Source: Candidatus Zhuqueibacterota bacterium (GTDB lineage Bacteria; Electryoneota; RPQS01). From it: a stretch of DNA of 64,000 bases. The stretch is from contig JACRMR010000020.1 of assembly GCA_016214895.1 (NCBI GenBank), positions 41,812 through 105,811 on the forward strand, in the 5' to 3' direction. Below are positions 39,401 to 49,260 of the stretch, in pieces. The translations under genes and the position numbers were made by a program. The notes below the pieces were generated by a model. The model did not search any database. It was not told the DNA's origin and was given only the letters and a program-made list of their open reading frames with translations. Every line of letters starts with the position of its first letter. Positions within the stretch are counted from its first letter, which is position 1.

Positions 39401-42400
39401 CAGCTTGCGATAGACCCGGTAGTTGTCCACCAGCGGATCGGCGGAGTTATTCCAGTCGAGCGTGACCAGACCGGTCGCGCTGTTCACGCTGCCGATGAGC
39501 CCGGTCGGAACCGGCGGATCCAGGCGTACGAGCGTGAAGTTCTGGTTTCCGATACCGCCTTCGGGCACCGCAACGATCAACTCCTCCGGGTGATATCCCG
39601 CGAGCGTACACGTCAGCCGGCGGTTACCGACGACCACGCCTTCCAGCGTGTAATCGCCGTTGGCCAGCGGATGCGTCACCGGATGGCTAACGCCGTTGGC
39701 GGCCACCGTGACCTGCGTCATCACGCCCGCGCCGCCGTCAAACGTAACGTGCCCGGTGACGTTGGCATAGGTCGGCTCCGGACCCCAGAACGTAACTGCG
39801 GTCTGGCTCGCCGGAATGAACTCGCCCGCGCCATCAACGCAAACCTCGATCGCGTCCGTGCCCGTCAGATTCTCCACACCGGTTGTCCACGTTGTCGCAT
39901 GGTCAACCTCGTTGTAGTTAATCTGAATTCCGCCGTCGGAATTCAGCACGATCTGGAACGTAAAGCTGCCCGCCCCATCGATATGCGGCACATGATCCCA
40001 TTCCACGATGAATTGACCGAGTGCAATGTCAGAATAGTAATAGACCGCTCCGCCTGTCGGCAGGAACAGGTCATCCCAGATTCCGTAGATCGCGTTGTTC
40101 GGCTGAGCCGGGTTGGGAATCGGCGTGTTGACGTAAATCGCCGAGATGTCGGTGAATGATATCCAGCCGTTCGAACAGACACGGACTGAGTTATACGTGT
40201 TGCCGTAGAACGTGAACGGGAATCCGATGTTGAACGGTCCGAGGTTCTGATCGTCGCCGGTCAGTCCGGTATTGGTTCCGGTGGCGTTAATCTCGGTCCA
40301 TTCATAGGAGCCTTCCGCCCATGGCAGGACCACCGAACCCGACCAGGTTCCTGCCGGTCCCACATTCGGAATCTCATCGTAACCGCTCACGCCCCAGACA
40401 TACGTCTGGTTCGCTTGCGGCGGCGTGTCGTCAAACTGTTGCACGCCGGGCGCCACAGTACCGATTTGCACTCCGTCGCGATAGACGTAGAACCCCGCGA
40501 GGTCCACCAGTGCCTGGCCGTTCGCGTTCAGCGTGGGATCGGTCCACGAAATCCGGACCGTCTGGTTATTCAGCGAGGAACCGACGACGTTGGCGGGCGC
40601 CGCCGGCGCCATGGCCGCCATGCCCTCTTCGGTTCCCGTCGGGCCGGACTCTTCGCCGTTGTCGTAGTAACCCTTCACGTAGTAGCTGTAGGTGATACCT
40701 TCAGCCACGAAGTCATCGTAGCGATTCTCGACCGGCGAAGCCAGCAGCACATCGTCACGATAGACATTGTAGTGGACGAGCTCATCCAGCGTGCCACGGC
40801 CCGCGCGGGCGACATACTCAAGCTCTGGAGCCTGTGAATAGGCGCCGGATTCGACATGGTAACCGCCGGTGGCACCGGCAAACCCGCGGTCCGCCGCGAA
40901 CTTCTGACGTACCGGACCGACGTTTTCAATCGGATTGCCGTGCTGGTCCTTGGCGGGCAAAATATCGGCCGTCGTCGTCCCGGCCGGAACCTGATCGACA
41001 TGATAACCCGACGGATCGCCGATCGCCATCACATAGCCGGCCGCCGCACCCGGCGCACCGCCGACCCACACGCGGCACATCCAGTCATGAGACGTCCACA
41101 GATTCCATGCCGGATGACCCTGCGTCCAGTATGACCGCGAGTCCGGCGAGCTATTATCCGAACCGGTTCCCGGTCCGATGATTCCCGGAGGGAACTGCCA
41201 GAGCACCCAGAAGTCCGCTTCCGTATCAAGCGTCACTTCGCCGTCGGAGTGGGCAATCAACCAACCCGGCGTGCTGTCGGCGCCAATCTCCGTCCAGGTC
41301 TGCAACGGGTTGTTGAAGTCCGGAATTCCGCCGTTATCCGCGCAGAGCAAGACCTGCGGCAGCGGATCACTGCGCTCCATGTAAAGGTTAATCGTCTGAA
41401 TCGGCAGCGGGTAGTCCACCGAGTCCGCGGGCGGCGGCGTGAACCGCACGGCGAAGAAGTCGGTCGGACCGTTGGGGCTGGCCACGCGGAACCACACTTC
41501 CGACGTTCCGTCATCATAATTGAGTTCCACGGCCGGATGAACTCCCGGCGGCAGCCAGCTCAAGTGAATATGGTCGTCAAAATTGCCGTTGGCCCGCAGT
41601 AGTGCCGGCGGCAGTTCGCCGTAGAGCACCGTCTGGAGGTTCGAGTTTCCGGATTCCACCGGCGTCGAGGCCCCCAAGTCCACGGCGCGAACCGTGAGAT
41701 CCCAGATGCCGGATGCCGGAATCTGCTGCGTACCACTCGTGGTGGTGTATGTGCTGCCCAAAATCCAGTCGGCATTCTCATGCAGCTTGAAATAAATGCG
41801 ATACTCATCGACCAGCGGATCCGTCGAAGCGTTCCAGGCCAACGAGACCAAGCCCGTTTCATCAACGCCGTTCGTATCGAGACCCGTCGGCGCGGCCGGC
41901 GGCAGACGACGCAGCGTGAGGTCCGCTCCGGTATAGCCGCCGCCCGGCACCGTGATGCTGATCGTCGTCGGCGCATAGCCAGCCAACGATCCAGTAATCA
42001 GCCGGTCGCCAATGACCACATTGTTCAATGTATAGTCACCGCTGGCGTTCGGATTCGAGGTCGGATTACCCAGCCCATTGGCACGCACGGAGACCTGCGT
42101 CACCACTCCGCTTCCGCCATCGAGGGTTACATTCCCCGAAACCGTCGCACCCGTCGGTGCTTGCAGTCCCCAGATGATCACATCGTCAAAATAGAATCCG
42201 GGGAACGCCGAAATGATTGGATCGGCACCGAATTCAAAGCGGAACAGCGGCGTCTGGCCGACCATGCCGGTCAACAGGAAGGTAGCCGGGACCCACCCAT
42301 TCGAGTTCCCGCTCCAGGCCGGCTGGCCGCTCATCCACTGATTATCCGGACTTAATGCACCAACCGGGTATCCTTCCTCCGGCGATAGAACGTTCCAGGT

Positions 42401-43801
42401 TGCCCCGGCGTCCACGCTGACCTTCAGGTTCGCGCCGTCATAAGTGTTCTCGCTCGAGTACCAGACCCAGCAGGCAAATGACGCCACCGGCGAAACGACC
42501 GGCAGACCGACATCGAGATCAACCCAGTAATGGCCGTCGTCTTCATAGATATCATCCAGGTCCAGTCCCCAAACGTTCGGCGCGCTGTTCGGTTGCGGTC
42601 CGGCCCCTTCGGTGGGAATGCCCCACTCAAACCCATCCGCGTCCCCGGCGGCCACCCAGCCGCCGTCACCCTGATCAAACCCATCATCGTAAGTCGGGCT
42701 GCCGACGCGGACGTCCACGGTGCCCGAAGACCCGTAATACGGATTGGCATACGCCCGAACGTAGTAAGTCAGGTCTCCCGACGGAGCATTGGCATGAGTG
42801 TAAGCTTGCGTTCCCGGCGCCAGCGTTGCCAGCAACACACCGACGCCCGGCGTGCCCAGCCAGACCTGCACGTTGGTTAAGGTAACCGGGTTCCCGTTGG
42901 TATCCTGCGTCGGATCAATCCAGCTCAGATCGACAGTCGTTCCCACCACGTTCGCCGCCACGTTTGTCGGCGGATTCGGAATGCCATTGGCATCCACAAC
43001 GAGATAGGCCACACCAGCAGTCGGGCACGAGCCTTGACCGCTATTGCAGATTTCCAGACCTTCGGTGCCGCTGGCATTCTCGATCCCCACACCGCCGCCC
43101 CCGTTATTCGTCAGGAGGGCGTACTGGAGAATTACGCGGCCGTCTTCGTAGCAGATGATTTCAAAGGAATAAAGCTGCGTCGGATTCCCGAATCGCGGGC
43201 AGTCCACCCACGCCACGATGAAGCGATCATTCGCCGGATCGGACAGCCAGTAGGTGCCGCCCACGCTCGACGGCAAGAGATCCTCCCAGAATCCGTAAAT
43301 CGCATTGTTCGGCTCGTTGGGCGAGATCAGTGGACCAAACGCGCCCAGACTGTTGCTCGTGCTCGTCGGCGATATCCAGCCGTTCGAGCAGATTCGCATC
43401 GACGTATAATCCTGATCGAAGAATGGGAAGGTGAATCCCAAGTTGAACGGACCTTCGTTGCAATCATCGCAGCTCGTGGCCCGCGTTCCCGTCGCGGTGA
43501 TATCAATCCACGCGTAGTCCGTTTCCATCCACACATACTCATCCAGCGGATTTCTGCCGCGTCGCTCATTGTCGATCACCGGCTGCGGCTGGTTGACCGC
43601 TGCCAGGTTGATCGGAGCCCCGGCGGCGGCCAAGTGCCGAGCCGCCAGCAATTCCTCCGCCGTCCATTGTTCCCCCGCTGCCCACTTATCGAGCAGACGA
43701 ACGACCTCGGACTTATCGTAGCTCTGATCTGCGCGCACCACGACCAGCCCTACGACAAGGACCAGCGCGAACAAAGCTGCTGTCAACTTCCAAAACCGCA
43801 T
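36497..43801 (-). CDS. 2434-aa secreted modular adhesin-like polyprotein (nidogen-like, Fn3, jelly-roll, carboxypeptidase-regulatory-like modules) with T9SS-A-like C-terminal domain
   Basis: GAGGAGA RBS before MRFWKL; signal peptide; 3x W..I..xG...DD..GPF..GF...Y....CSNG; multiple Y.VYRD Fn3 strands; C-terminal NYPNPFNATT...KLLLLK. Confidence 0.88.
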   Translation of the reverse strand: MRFWKLTAALFALVLVVGLVVVRADQSYDKSEVVRLLDKWAAGEQWTAEELLAARHLAAAGAPINLAAVNQPQPVIDNERRGRNPLDEYVWMETDYAWIDITATGTRATSCDDCNEGPFNLGFTFPFFDQDYTSMRICSNGWISPTSTSNSLGAFGPLISPNEPNNAIYGFWEDLLPSSVGGTYWLSDPANDRFIVAWVDCPRFGNPTQLYSFEIICYEDGRVILQYALLTNNGGGGVGIENASGTEGLEICNSGQGSCPTAGVAYLVVDANGIPNPPTNVAANVVGTTVDLSWIDPTQDTNGNPVTLTNVQVWLGTPGVGVLLATLAPGTQAYTHANAPSGDLTYYVRAYANPYYGSSGTVDVRVGSPTYDDGFDQGDGGWVAAGDADGFEWGIPTEGAGPQPNSAPNVWGLDLDDIYEDDGHYWVDLDVGLPVVSPVASFACWVWYSSENTYDGANLKVSVDAGATWNVLSPEEGYPVGALSPDNQWMSGQPAWSGNSNGWVPATFLLTGMVGQTPLFRFEFGADPIISAFPGFYFDDVIIWGLQAPTGATVSGNVTLDGGSGVVTQVSVRANGLGNPTSNPNASGDYTLNNVVIGDRLITGSLAGYAPTTISITVPGGGYTGADLTLRRLPPAAPTGLDTNGVDETGLVSLAWNASTDPLVDEYRIYFKLHENADWILGSTYTTTSGTQQIPASGIWDLTVRAVDLGASTPVESGNSNLQTVLYGELPPALLRANGNFDDHIHLSWLPPGVHPAVELNYDDGTSEVWFRVASPNGPTDFFAVRFTPPPADSVDYPLPIQTINLYMERSDPLPQVLLCADNGGIPDFNNPLQTWTEIGADSTPGWLIAHSDGEVTLDTEADFWVLWQFPPGIIGPGTGSDNSSPDSRSYWTQGHPAWNLWTSHDWMCRVWVGGAPGAAAGYVMAIGDPSGYHVDQVPAGTTTADILPAKDQHGNPIENVGPVRQKFAADRGFAGATGGYHVESGAYSQAPELEYVARAGRGTLDELVHYNVYRDDVLLASPVENRYDDFVAEGITYSYYVKGYYDNGEESGPTGTEEGMAAMAPAAPANVVGSSLNNQTVRISWTDPTLNANGQALVDLAGFYVYRDGVQIGTVAPGVQQFDDTPPQANQTYVWGVSGYDEIPNVGPAGTWSGSVVLPWAEGSYEWTEINATGTNTGLTGDDQNLGPFNIGFPFTFYGNTYNSVRVCSNGWISFTDISAIYVNTPIPNPAQPNNAIYGIWDDLFLPTGGAVYYYSDIALGQFIVEWDHVPHIDGAGSFTFQIVLNSDGGIQINYNEVDHATTWTTGVENLTGTDAIEVCVDGAGEFIPASQTAVTFWGPEPTYANVTGHVTFDGGAGVMTQVTVAANGVSHPVTHPLANGDYTLEGVVVGNRRLTCTLAGYHPEELIVAVPEGGIGNQNFTLVRLDPPVPTGLIGSVNSATGLVTLDWNNSADPLVDNYRVYRKLQTEDTWTLVATVVPSNATDQLTQDNVYNYAVSAVDINVSTPVESDMALLDHAILFGSIPPVNLTANGNFDDHIHLQWLAPGSPPEVEVFYDNGTNTVDGIGWWGFQPTYGWLVAHYQGNGPITVTRLKTYISGFATDGDPLQIGVFEESGGLPTGDPLGVVDLNQAAPYDVFQEWELSTPVTVTSGSFFIGMRQMAANAICVGGDEATPFINNTFYYASDAGLWNPYEPGLIIIPMQRCFVIGDIGGVAQELMPSPVGVQSPVVNRGPVAVAKATNFKAEAMRTRALTAKAGASLERFPVTCSARQSVSDTWRQASRLTTATNVRVPFVRGGDAGIDSRGGHGTLDDVVQYRVYRDGGQIGTTLPAVLFYDDPRPENQPFDYYVTAYYDNNEESAPSNTVVDARCNMAPGAPPTIELTPQGQSVMRVSWTAPTTNADGSQLVDLAGYRIYRNDVQIGSVAANVTQYLDTPPVPDEFYTWTVRGFDEVPNVGDGASRIGAVQSPWEVVDYEWIDISTDGTNTGLTGDDQSSGPFPLGFTVEYYGQEYTSVYICSNGFVSFTSNSASFVNTEIPNAQEPNTVLYPFWDDLFLPTGGIVMYRSDAADGVFIAAWLDVPHINGNGNYTFECVIDDRGGIRFVYQSMADVNQATVGVENETGTEAIQLWFGGVGGPFEPQNETAVQFWGGPAGEIAGVVIGAPANTPVEGVAVYVDSQVDTAYTAADGSYTLGAEPGTVTVVFSKPGWCDTVTPDVVVTDGGVTELDAVMNAPQAVFNVTSISQTTWPGHDVAAFFTISNPAGLCPLNYVIGDDANWLTASPATGTINPGQAREITVGMLAAGLTPGQEYQATIRITHTAPGLLYTIPVTLFVSVDRPEPPLPLPTEFAYHANYPNPFNATTAFRFDVPNASRVQIVLYNMNGQEVARPVDDVYQPGRYNVSFTADNLPSGMYIARMNAGSYTATGKLLLLK

Positions 43802-44142
43802 GATCTCCTCCGTCAAAGTTAGACGAAACCCAGTCTTCCGTAACTATAGAATAAACGGACTTCTCTCCTAATAATCAAGTCTGCCCCGGAAAAGAGACCT
43901 CGGCGGAATATGCTTCTCCTCCCCGGAGTTTCGCGTACCTCTCGGGAGGTGGGTGGTTGTAACTTAAGTGATTATTTTACAGGTAATTGTGCTTGTTTGT
44001 GACTCCTCTTCTCCGAAGCGTTTCGCCTAAAAAATTGTTATTAATGGCGTTATGTGAAACCGTAAGCCATGCTTGGCGTGCTCATTAACGCATTTTATGC
44101 GCACTCGCGGTGTAACCGCCGAGCGCACCAGGAGCGAGCCGC

Positions 44143-44171
44143 TTGCGCATGCCGCAGGCCATGCGTAACTT
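44143..44171 (+). promoter_or_regulatory. Possible promoter for the C25 gene
   Basis: TTGCGC-17 nt-TAACTT. Confidence 0.45.
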
Positions 44172-44248
44172 TAGCGAATCAATGGGGGACCGTGGTCCCG
44201 CGCACCCGTCTATCACCGCAACCGAGAGGTCTGCACTCGGAGGAGTCC

Positions 44249-47200
44249 ATGGCGAGAGTTCTACGGATTATACTTATGGCTGTCTCGGCGATCACGGTAT
44301 CCGCCGGCTATGCGGCGGTTTCAACCCCCGACGCCCGGGTCGGCGTCCCGCTCTTCGGGGACTCGCCGACGCCTCTTGGTGTCAGCTCGCCAACTCCCGG
44401 CCTGACCACCATCTCACTGGAGAATCCTTCGGTCCAGATGCAGGAAGTCACCGTCGATTTCCAGACCTACACCTCGTTCGGCATGGCCGGAGAACCGTGG
44501 GCGTCTGTTGACGGCTCCCCGGCGGTGCCGCAGATCAGCCGTTTCTATCGGATCGCGAACACGGGGGGTGTGGACCTCGTCATCAGCAATGCGGATTACG
44601 AGATTCTGAACGACGTCGATGTGCTGCCGTTCCAGTGGGAGGAAGCGGCTTTCGGCGGTCTCAATCGTGACGAGGCGGTCTATTCTGCCGACCAGTGGTA
44701 CCCGGAGCATGTAGTCGAGATGTCCGAGCCAATGATCCTGCGCGATTTCCGCGTGGTGTCGGTCACGCTCTATCCGGTGCAGGTCAATCCAGCAACTCGT
44801 CAGGTTCGAATCTACCATTCGATCAATGTTGATCTCGTCGGCAATGAAAACCCGGCGCCGAATGAATTGCTGAATCCGCGCCGCCCCTCAGGGAACTGGG
44901 TGCCGCTTTACAATTCGGTGATCGTGAATCTCGATGACGCGGCGCTGGCGAACGCTACGGAAACTCCCGGCAGTATTCTGATCGTCTCGCACAACAACTC
45001 GCAGGCTACGCAGTGGGCGGACAGTCTGGCGAGATGGAAGAAGCGCCGCGGGTTTGACGTCACCATCGACGCCCGCAGCAACTGGAATGTCAACACCATT
45101 CGCACAGCGGTGCAAGCCGCGTATGCAAACTGGGACCCGCCTCTTGAGTTCGTCGTAATCATCGGCGACCCGCAGTGGACGTTCGGGATCACGACGGACG
45201 GCGGCAACTATGACCACACCTATGCGCTTGGTAACATTGGCGACGATCTTGAAGACATTGGCTGTGGTCGCCTGAGCGGCAATTCGGCGGACCAAATGGC
45301 TACGATCAACGCCAAGATCATGGCCTACGAGCGTACGCCGAATATGACGGACACACAGTGGTACACCAAGGCCTTTCTGTATGCCGGCGTGGCCAACGAG
45401 ATCGCGTCCAATTACACGCTGATGCAGTGGACGGCGCAGCAGTTCCGCCTGAACACCGGCGTGCAGAACTGTCAGGTCAACTGGGTGAACGGCCATGTGG
45501 ACGACAATCTGGTTCGCACGCAGTTGAACGGTGGCGTCGGATACTTCTTCTGGCGCGGAAGCTGGCTCTCCCAGATGGAGACTTCACTTGCGGGATCGTG
45601 CTCGAACGGTACCCGGCTGCCCATCGTGATGTGTGTGACCTGCGGTGCCAATGAATTCGTATCTGGCCTTGGCATCGCCGAGTCGTATCTGTTGGCCGGT
45701 ACCGTCTCATCCCTAAAGGGCGGCGTGGCTGCCATTGGAACTTCGACGTCCGGTACTCACGCGCCGCCGAACGGCACATTTGCCGGGGGCTTGCTTTATG
45801 CGATTACCACACAGGAAATCGAGCACCTCGGTCACGCGCTTAACGCAGGCAAAGTTTGGCTGCCGCTGACGTTTGGCGTCGGATCAAGTGAGGCCCAGAG
45901 TTTCACGCGCTGGAATAATCTGATGGGTGACCCCAGCCTCTCGATGTGGTCGCGCACTCCGACCGTGATGTCCGTGACGTTTGAGTCCACGATCGCCGTC
46001 GGCACGCACAGCGCGACCTTTGACGTGGTTGACGATCAGGGTATTCCGGTGGAAGACGCCCTCGTCGTACTCTGGAAAGGCACGGAGACCTATGAGCGCG
46101 GTTTGACGAATGCGCAGGGGCATCTTGAACTGCCGACGAGCATTCAGTCTGCCGGTGACCTGCTGTTGACGATCACCAAGCGCGATTACGTGCCCTACCT
46201 GGCCACCATCGCCTGCAATGCTGTGGACGAGCACGTGGCCCTGACCTCATACACCATCGACGACGACAACTCGGGCGGCACGAGCGGCAATGGCAACGCC
46301 ACGCTGAATCCGGGCGAGACGGTTGACCTCCCGATCTACCTCAAGAATTACGGCGGCACGGCAACGGCCACCGGCATCTCTGCCCAGTTGGTCAGCCACA
46401 ATCCGAAGGTTACGATTGCCACACCGTCAGCGACCTACGCGAATCTTGCCCCCGGTGATTCCGCGCTGGGTTCGACCGCCTTCCGCCTGGTCAGTTCTTC
46501 GACTCTGCTGCAAGATGAGGTAATTCTGCTCACGCTGAACGTGACGGCGGCCTCCGGATCGACGCACAGCAACTTTGAAATCGAGGCCAAATCCGGGCGG
46601 GCGGACTTTCAAACCACGCAGTTCACGCCGAGCTTTGCTCCGGGCGTCACCAGTCAACTAAGAGTAACTTTGCACAATGGCGGTGTCGCTGAATTAACTG
46701 GTGTCACGGCGACGCTGCAATCGCTCAGCCCCTTTGTGGCCGTGGACGACGATCACGGAGATTATGGCACGATTGCGATCGGCGGAAACGCGACCAATAC
46801 CGCGGATCAGTTTACGCTCCGCGCGAACTCGCTGACGTTCCGCGGTCACGTCGCTCCGATGTTGTTGTTGGCCAGGACATCCAACGGCCATGTCGATTCC
46901 GTCGGCTTCACCGTCACGGTCGGCAATGCGACTGTGACCGATCCGACTGGTCCCGATGTTTACGGTTACTACGCCTACGATAACGGTGACGCTTCGTACG
47001 AGATGCATCCCACGTTCAATTACGTGGACATCTCCGCCGGTCTCGGCACGAACCTGAACATCAACGACATCGGCGAGAAGACTCAGGTCAGCCAGGTCTG
47101 GTCCGCCGCCCGTGCGTTGCCGTTTGAGTTCAGCTATTACGGTCAGGTCTTCGATTCGATCACGGTCTGCTCCAACGGCTGGGCCGCCTTTGGCAGTCAG

Positions 47201-49237
47201 GCCTGGCACGACGGCTTCCGCGATTTCCCGATTCCGGCGCAGCAGGCTCCCAATGCCATGCTGGCCCCCTATTGGGATGACTTGCAGACTTCCGGCTCCG
47301 GGCAAGGCGTCTGGACCTACTACGATTCAACCAACCACCGTTACATCATTCAGTGGAAGGCGAAGGGCGGCAGCAGCTTCAGCACACAGCTGAATTTCGA
47401 GATCATCCTCTTCGACGAGGAGTTCCACCCGACGTTCGACGGCAACGGCAATATCCTCTTCCAGTACCAGACAGTGTCCCTGAATCTGCCGGGCATCGGC
47501 GGCGAGGCCGATGGTCAAACGATCGGCATTCAGGCTCCGCTTGGTCTGATCGGATTACCGATCTGCTACCAGCTCGCCCATACGCCGGGGTCGGCCACCG
47601 TTGCGAACAACCGTGCGATCCTCTTCTCCACTCAGGCGCGCAATCTGCTGGGCGACATCCAAGGCACGGTGCGCGATGCCGAAACCAACCTGCCGATGCC
47701 GGGCGTTCAGATCACGATCGACGGCCAGAACTACCTCGGCACTTCTAATGCTCAAGGATTCTACACGATTCCGGACATCCTGATTGGCAGCTACACGGTC
47801 CGCGCATCGTATCCGCGCTACAACGACGGCACGGTCGAAAACGTCATCATCGAGCTGGACAGTCTTGAGACGGTGGACTTCATAATGGTTCACCCGGAGT
47901 TTGCGCTGTCGCGGGACACGGTTCGCGTGTCAATCCCGAGTCAGCCGAGCGCGACGACCTTCCAGATCATCAATGACGGCAACGGTCCGCTCGACTATGC
48001 GCTGAACATCACCTATGCCGGCGACGTGAATCCCGATCCCTGGAACTTGCTGCTTGACGACGTGATTGAAGTGACTGGCTCCACCGGCGACCACCTGATT
48101 CTCGGCTGCGAATTTGTCGGCGACTTCTGGTGGATCTCCGGCGGTAACGGACCCGACGGCGACAATCTGCTTTACAAGTACAACTTGAACGGCGATCTCG
48201 TCGGTACTCTGGAGCAGCCGACCAGTTCCGCGTACGGTTGGTTTGATGTCTGCTGGGACGGCAACTACCTGTACGGATCGGATGACGACAACCTGACCGG
48301 AATCGATCTGACCAGCGGCCAAGTGATGAACCAGATTCCGATTCCGCTCAGCCCCGCCCGTGCGATCGCGTTCGATCCGGCCACCCAGACGTTCTGGATC
48401 GCGGATTATACGCACGACCTGTTCAAGGTCAACCGTCAGGGCCAGATTCTGCAACAAGTGGCCAATGCGGAAGGCCCGAATCAGTTAGCGATTACGGGTA
48501 TGACTTGGCGGGCCGACGATCCCGATGGGTACAAGCTCTATATCTTCAGCCAGAACGGCGCCGGCAGCCAGACGCGTGTGACTCGCATGAACACGCAAAC
48601 CCTGGCGCGCCAGACCGTGATCGACCTCGAGGCGAATCCCGGAGATCGCTCCGGCGGCTGCGCGATGACCGGCGGGTGGAACAGCACCTTGCTTGTGTTC
48701 GGCGCGATTCTGCAGAACTCGACGGGCGACCGCCTTGGCCTCTTCGAAGTCGATTTCAATACGACGTGGATTGATGTGACGCCGACGGCGACGACGATTC
48801 CCGGCGGCACCAGCCAGACCGTCAACGTGGTCTTCGACGGGGCCCAGTTGCGGCCGTTTGTCTATCGCGTCAACATCAACATGCACAGCGACGTGCTGGA
48901 TACGACCTATTCATTGCCGGTGGTCTTGACGGTCGAGGAGACCGCGGCGGAAGACGGTCCGCCCGCCCTCATCACCGAGTACAGGCTGTTCCAGAACTAC
49001 CCCAACCCGTTCAATCCGTCCACGTCGATCCGCTACGATCTGAAGGCCGCGGGTCACACGACCCTCGCCGTTTACAATGTCAACGGCCAGCAGGTGGCCA
49101 CGTTGATCGACGGCGTTCAGGAGGCCGGCGCCCACTCGGTTCACTTTGACGGCGCGGACCTGGCGAGTGGCGTGTACTTCTATCGACTGGAGAGCGCCGA
49201 CTTTGTCAGGGTTTCCAAGATGGTCTTGATGAAGTAA
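44249..49237 (+). CDS. Gingipain-like C25 family protein (propeptide + C25 domain + Ig, nidogen-like and propeller domains) with T9SS-A-like C-terminal domain
   Basis: GGAGGAG RBS before MARVL; propeptide (G.P.VP, ILRDFRVV...YPVQ.NP); WKKRRG, IIGD, GRLS, Cys in CVTCG, NLMGDPSL; NYPNPFNPST...KMVLMK. Confidence 0.88.
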   Translation: MARVLRIILMAVSAITVSAGYAAVSTPDARVGVPLFGDSPTPLGVSSPTPGLTTISLENPSVQMQEVTVDFQTYTSFGMAGEPWASVDGSPAVPQISRFYRIANTGGVDLVISNADYEILNDVDVLPFQWEEAAFGGLNRDEAVYSADQWYPEHVVEMSEPMILRDFRVVSVTLYPVQVNPATRQVRIYHSINVDLVGNENPAPNELLNPRRPSGNWVPLYNSVIVNLDDAALANATETPGSILIVSHNNSQATQWADSLARWKKRRGFDVTIDARSNWNVNTIRTAVQAAYANWDPPLEFVVIIGDPQWTFGITTDGGNYDHTYALGNIGDDLEDIGCGRLSGNSADQMATINAKIMAYERTPNMTDTQWYTKAFLYAGVANEIASNYTLMQWTAQQFRLNTGVQNCQVNWVNGHVDDNLVRTQLNGGVGYFFWRGSWLSQMETSLAGSCSNGTRLPIVMCVTCGANEFVSGLGIAESYLLAGTVSSLKGGVAAIGTSTSGTHAPPNGTFAGGLLYAITTQEIEHLGHALNAGKVWLPLTFGVGSSEAQSFTRWNNLMGDPSLSMWSRTPTVMSVTFESTIAVGTHSATFDVVDDQGIPVEDALVVLWKGTETYERGLTNAQGHLELPTSIQSAGDLLLTITKRDYVPYLATIACNAVDEHVALTSYTIDDDNSGGTSGNGNATLNPGETVDLPIYLKNYGGTATATGISAQLVSHNPKVTIATPSATYANLAPGDSALGSTAFRLVSSSTLLQDEVILLTLNVTAASGSTHSNFEIEAKSGRADFQTTQFTPSFAPGVTSQLRVTLHNGGVAELTGVTATLQSLSPFVAVDDDHGDYGTIAIGGNATNTADQFTLRANSLTFRGHVAPMLLLARTSNGHVDSVGFTVTVGNATVTDPTGPDVYGYYAYDNGDASYEMHPTFNYVDISAGLGTNLNINDIGEKTQVSQVWSAARALPFEFSYYGQVFDSITVCSNGWAAFGSQAWHDGFRDFPIPAQQAPNAMLAPYWDDLQTSGSGQGVWTYYDSTNHRYIIQWKAKGGSSFSTQLNFEIILFDEEFHPTFDGNGNILFQYQTVSLNLPGIGGEADGQTIGIQAPLGLIGLPICYQLAHTPGSATVANNRAILFSTQARNLLGDIQGTVRDAETNLPMPGVQITIDGQNYLGTSNAQGFYTIPDILIGSYTVRASYPRYNDGTVENVIIELDSLETVDFIMVHPEFALSRDTVRVSIPSQPSATTFQIINDGNGPLDYALNITYAGDVNPDPWNLLLDDVIEVTGSTGDHLILGCEFVGDFWWISGGNGPDGDNLLYKYNLNGDLVGTLEQPTSSAYGWFDVCWDGNYLYGSDDDNLTGIDLTSGQVMNQIPIPLSPARAIAFDPATQTFWIADYTHDLFKVNRQGQILQQVANAEGPNQLAITGMTWRADDPDGYKLYIFSQNGAGSQTRVTRMNTQTLARQTVIDLEANPGDRSGGCAMTGGWNSTLLVFGAILQNSTGDRLGLFEVDFNTTWIDVTPTATTIPGGTSQTVNVVFDGAQLRPFVYRVNINMHSDVLDTTYSLPVVLTVEETAAEDGPPALITEYRLFQNYPNPFNPSTSIRYDLKAAGHTTLAVYNVNGQQVATLIDGVQEAGAHSVHFDGADLASGVYFYRLESADFVRVSKMVLMK

Positions 49238-49260
49238 GCGCAGATCAATCGCGTGGGTTC

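Noticed and set aside
43802..44248. Riboswitch or ncRNA in the long divergent intergenic region (also 31069-31375 and 63180-63546)
   Set aside because: No recognisable aptamer, tRNA or conserved RNA motif by eye; promoter-like AT-rich tracts suffice. An Rfam scan would be needed to exclude one.
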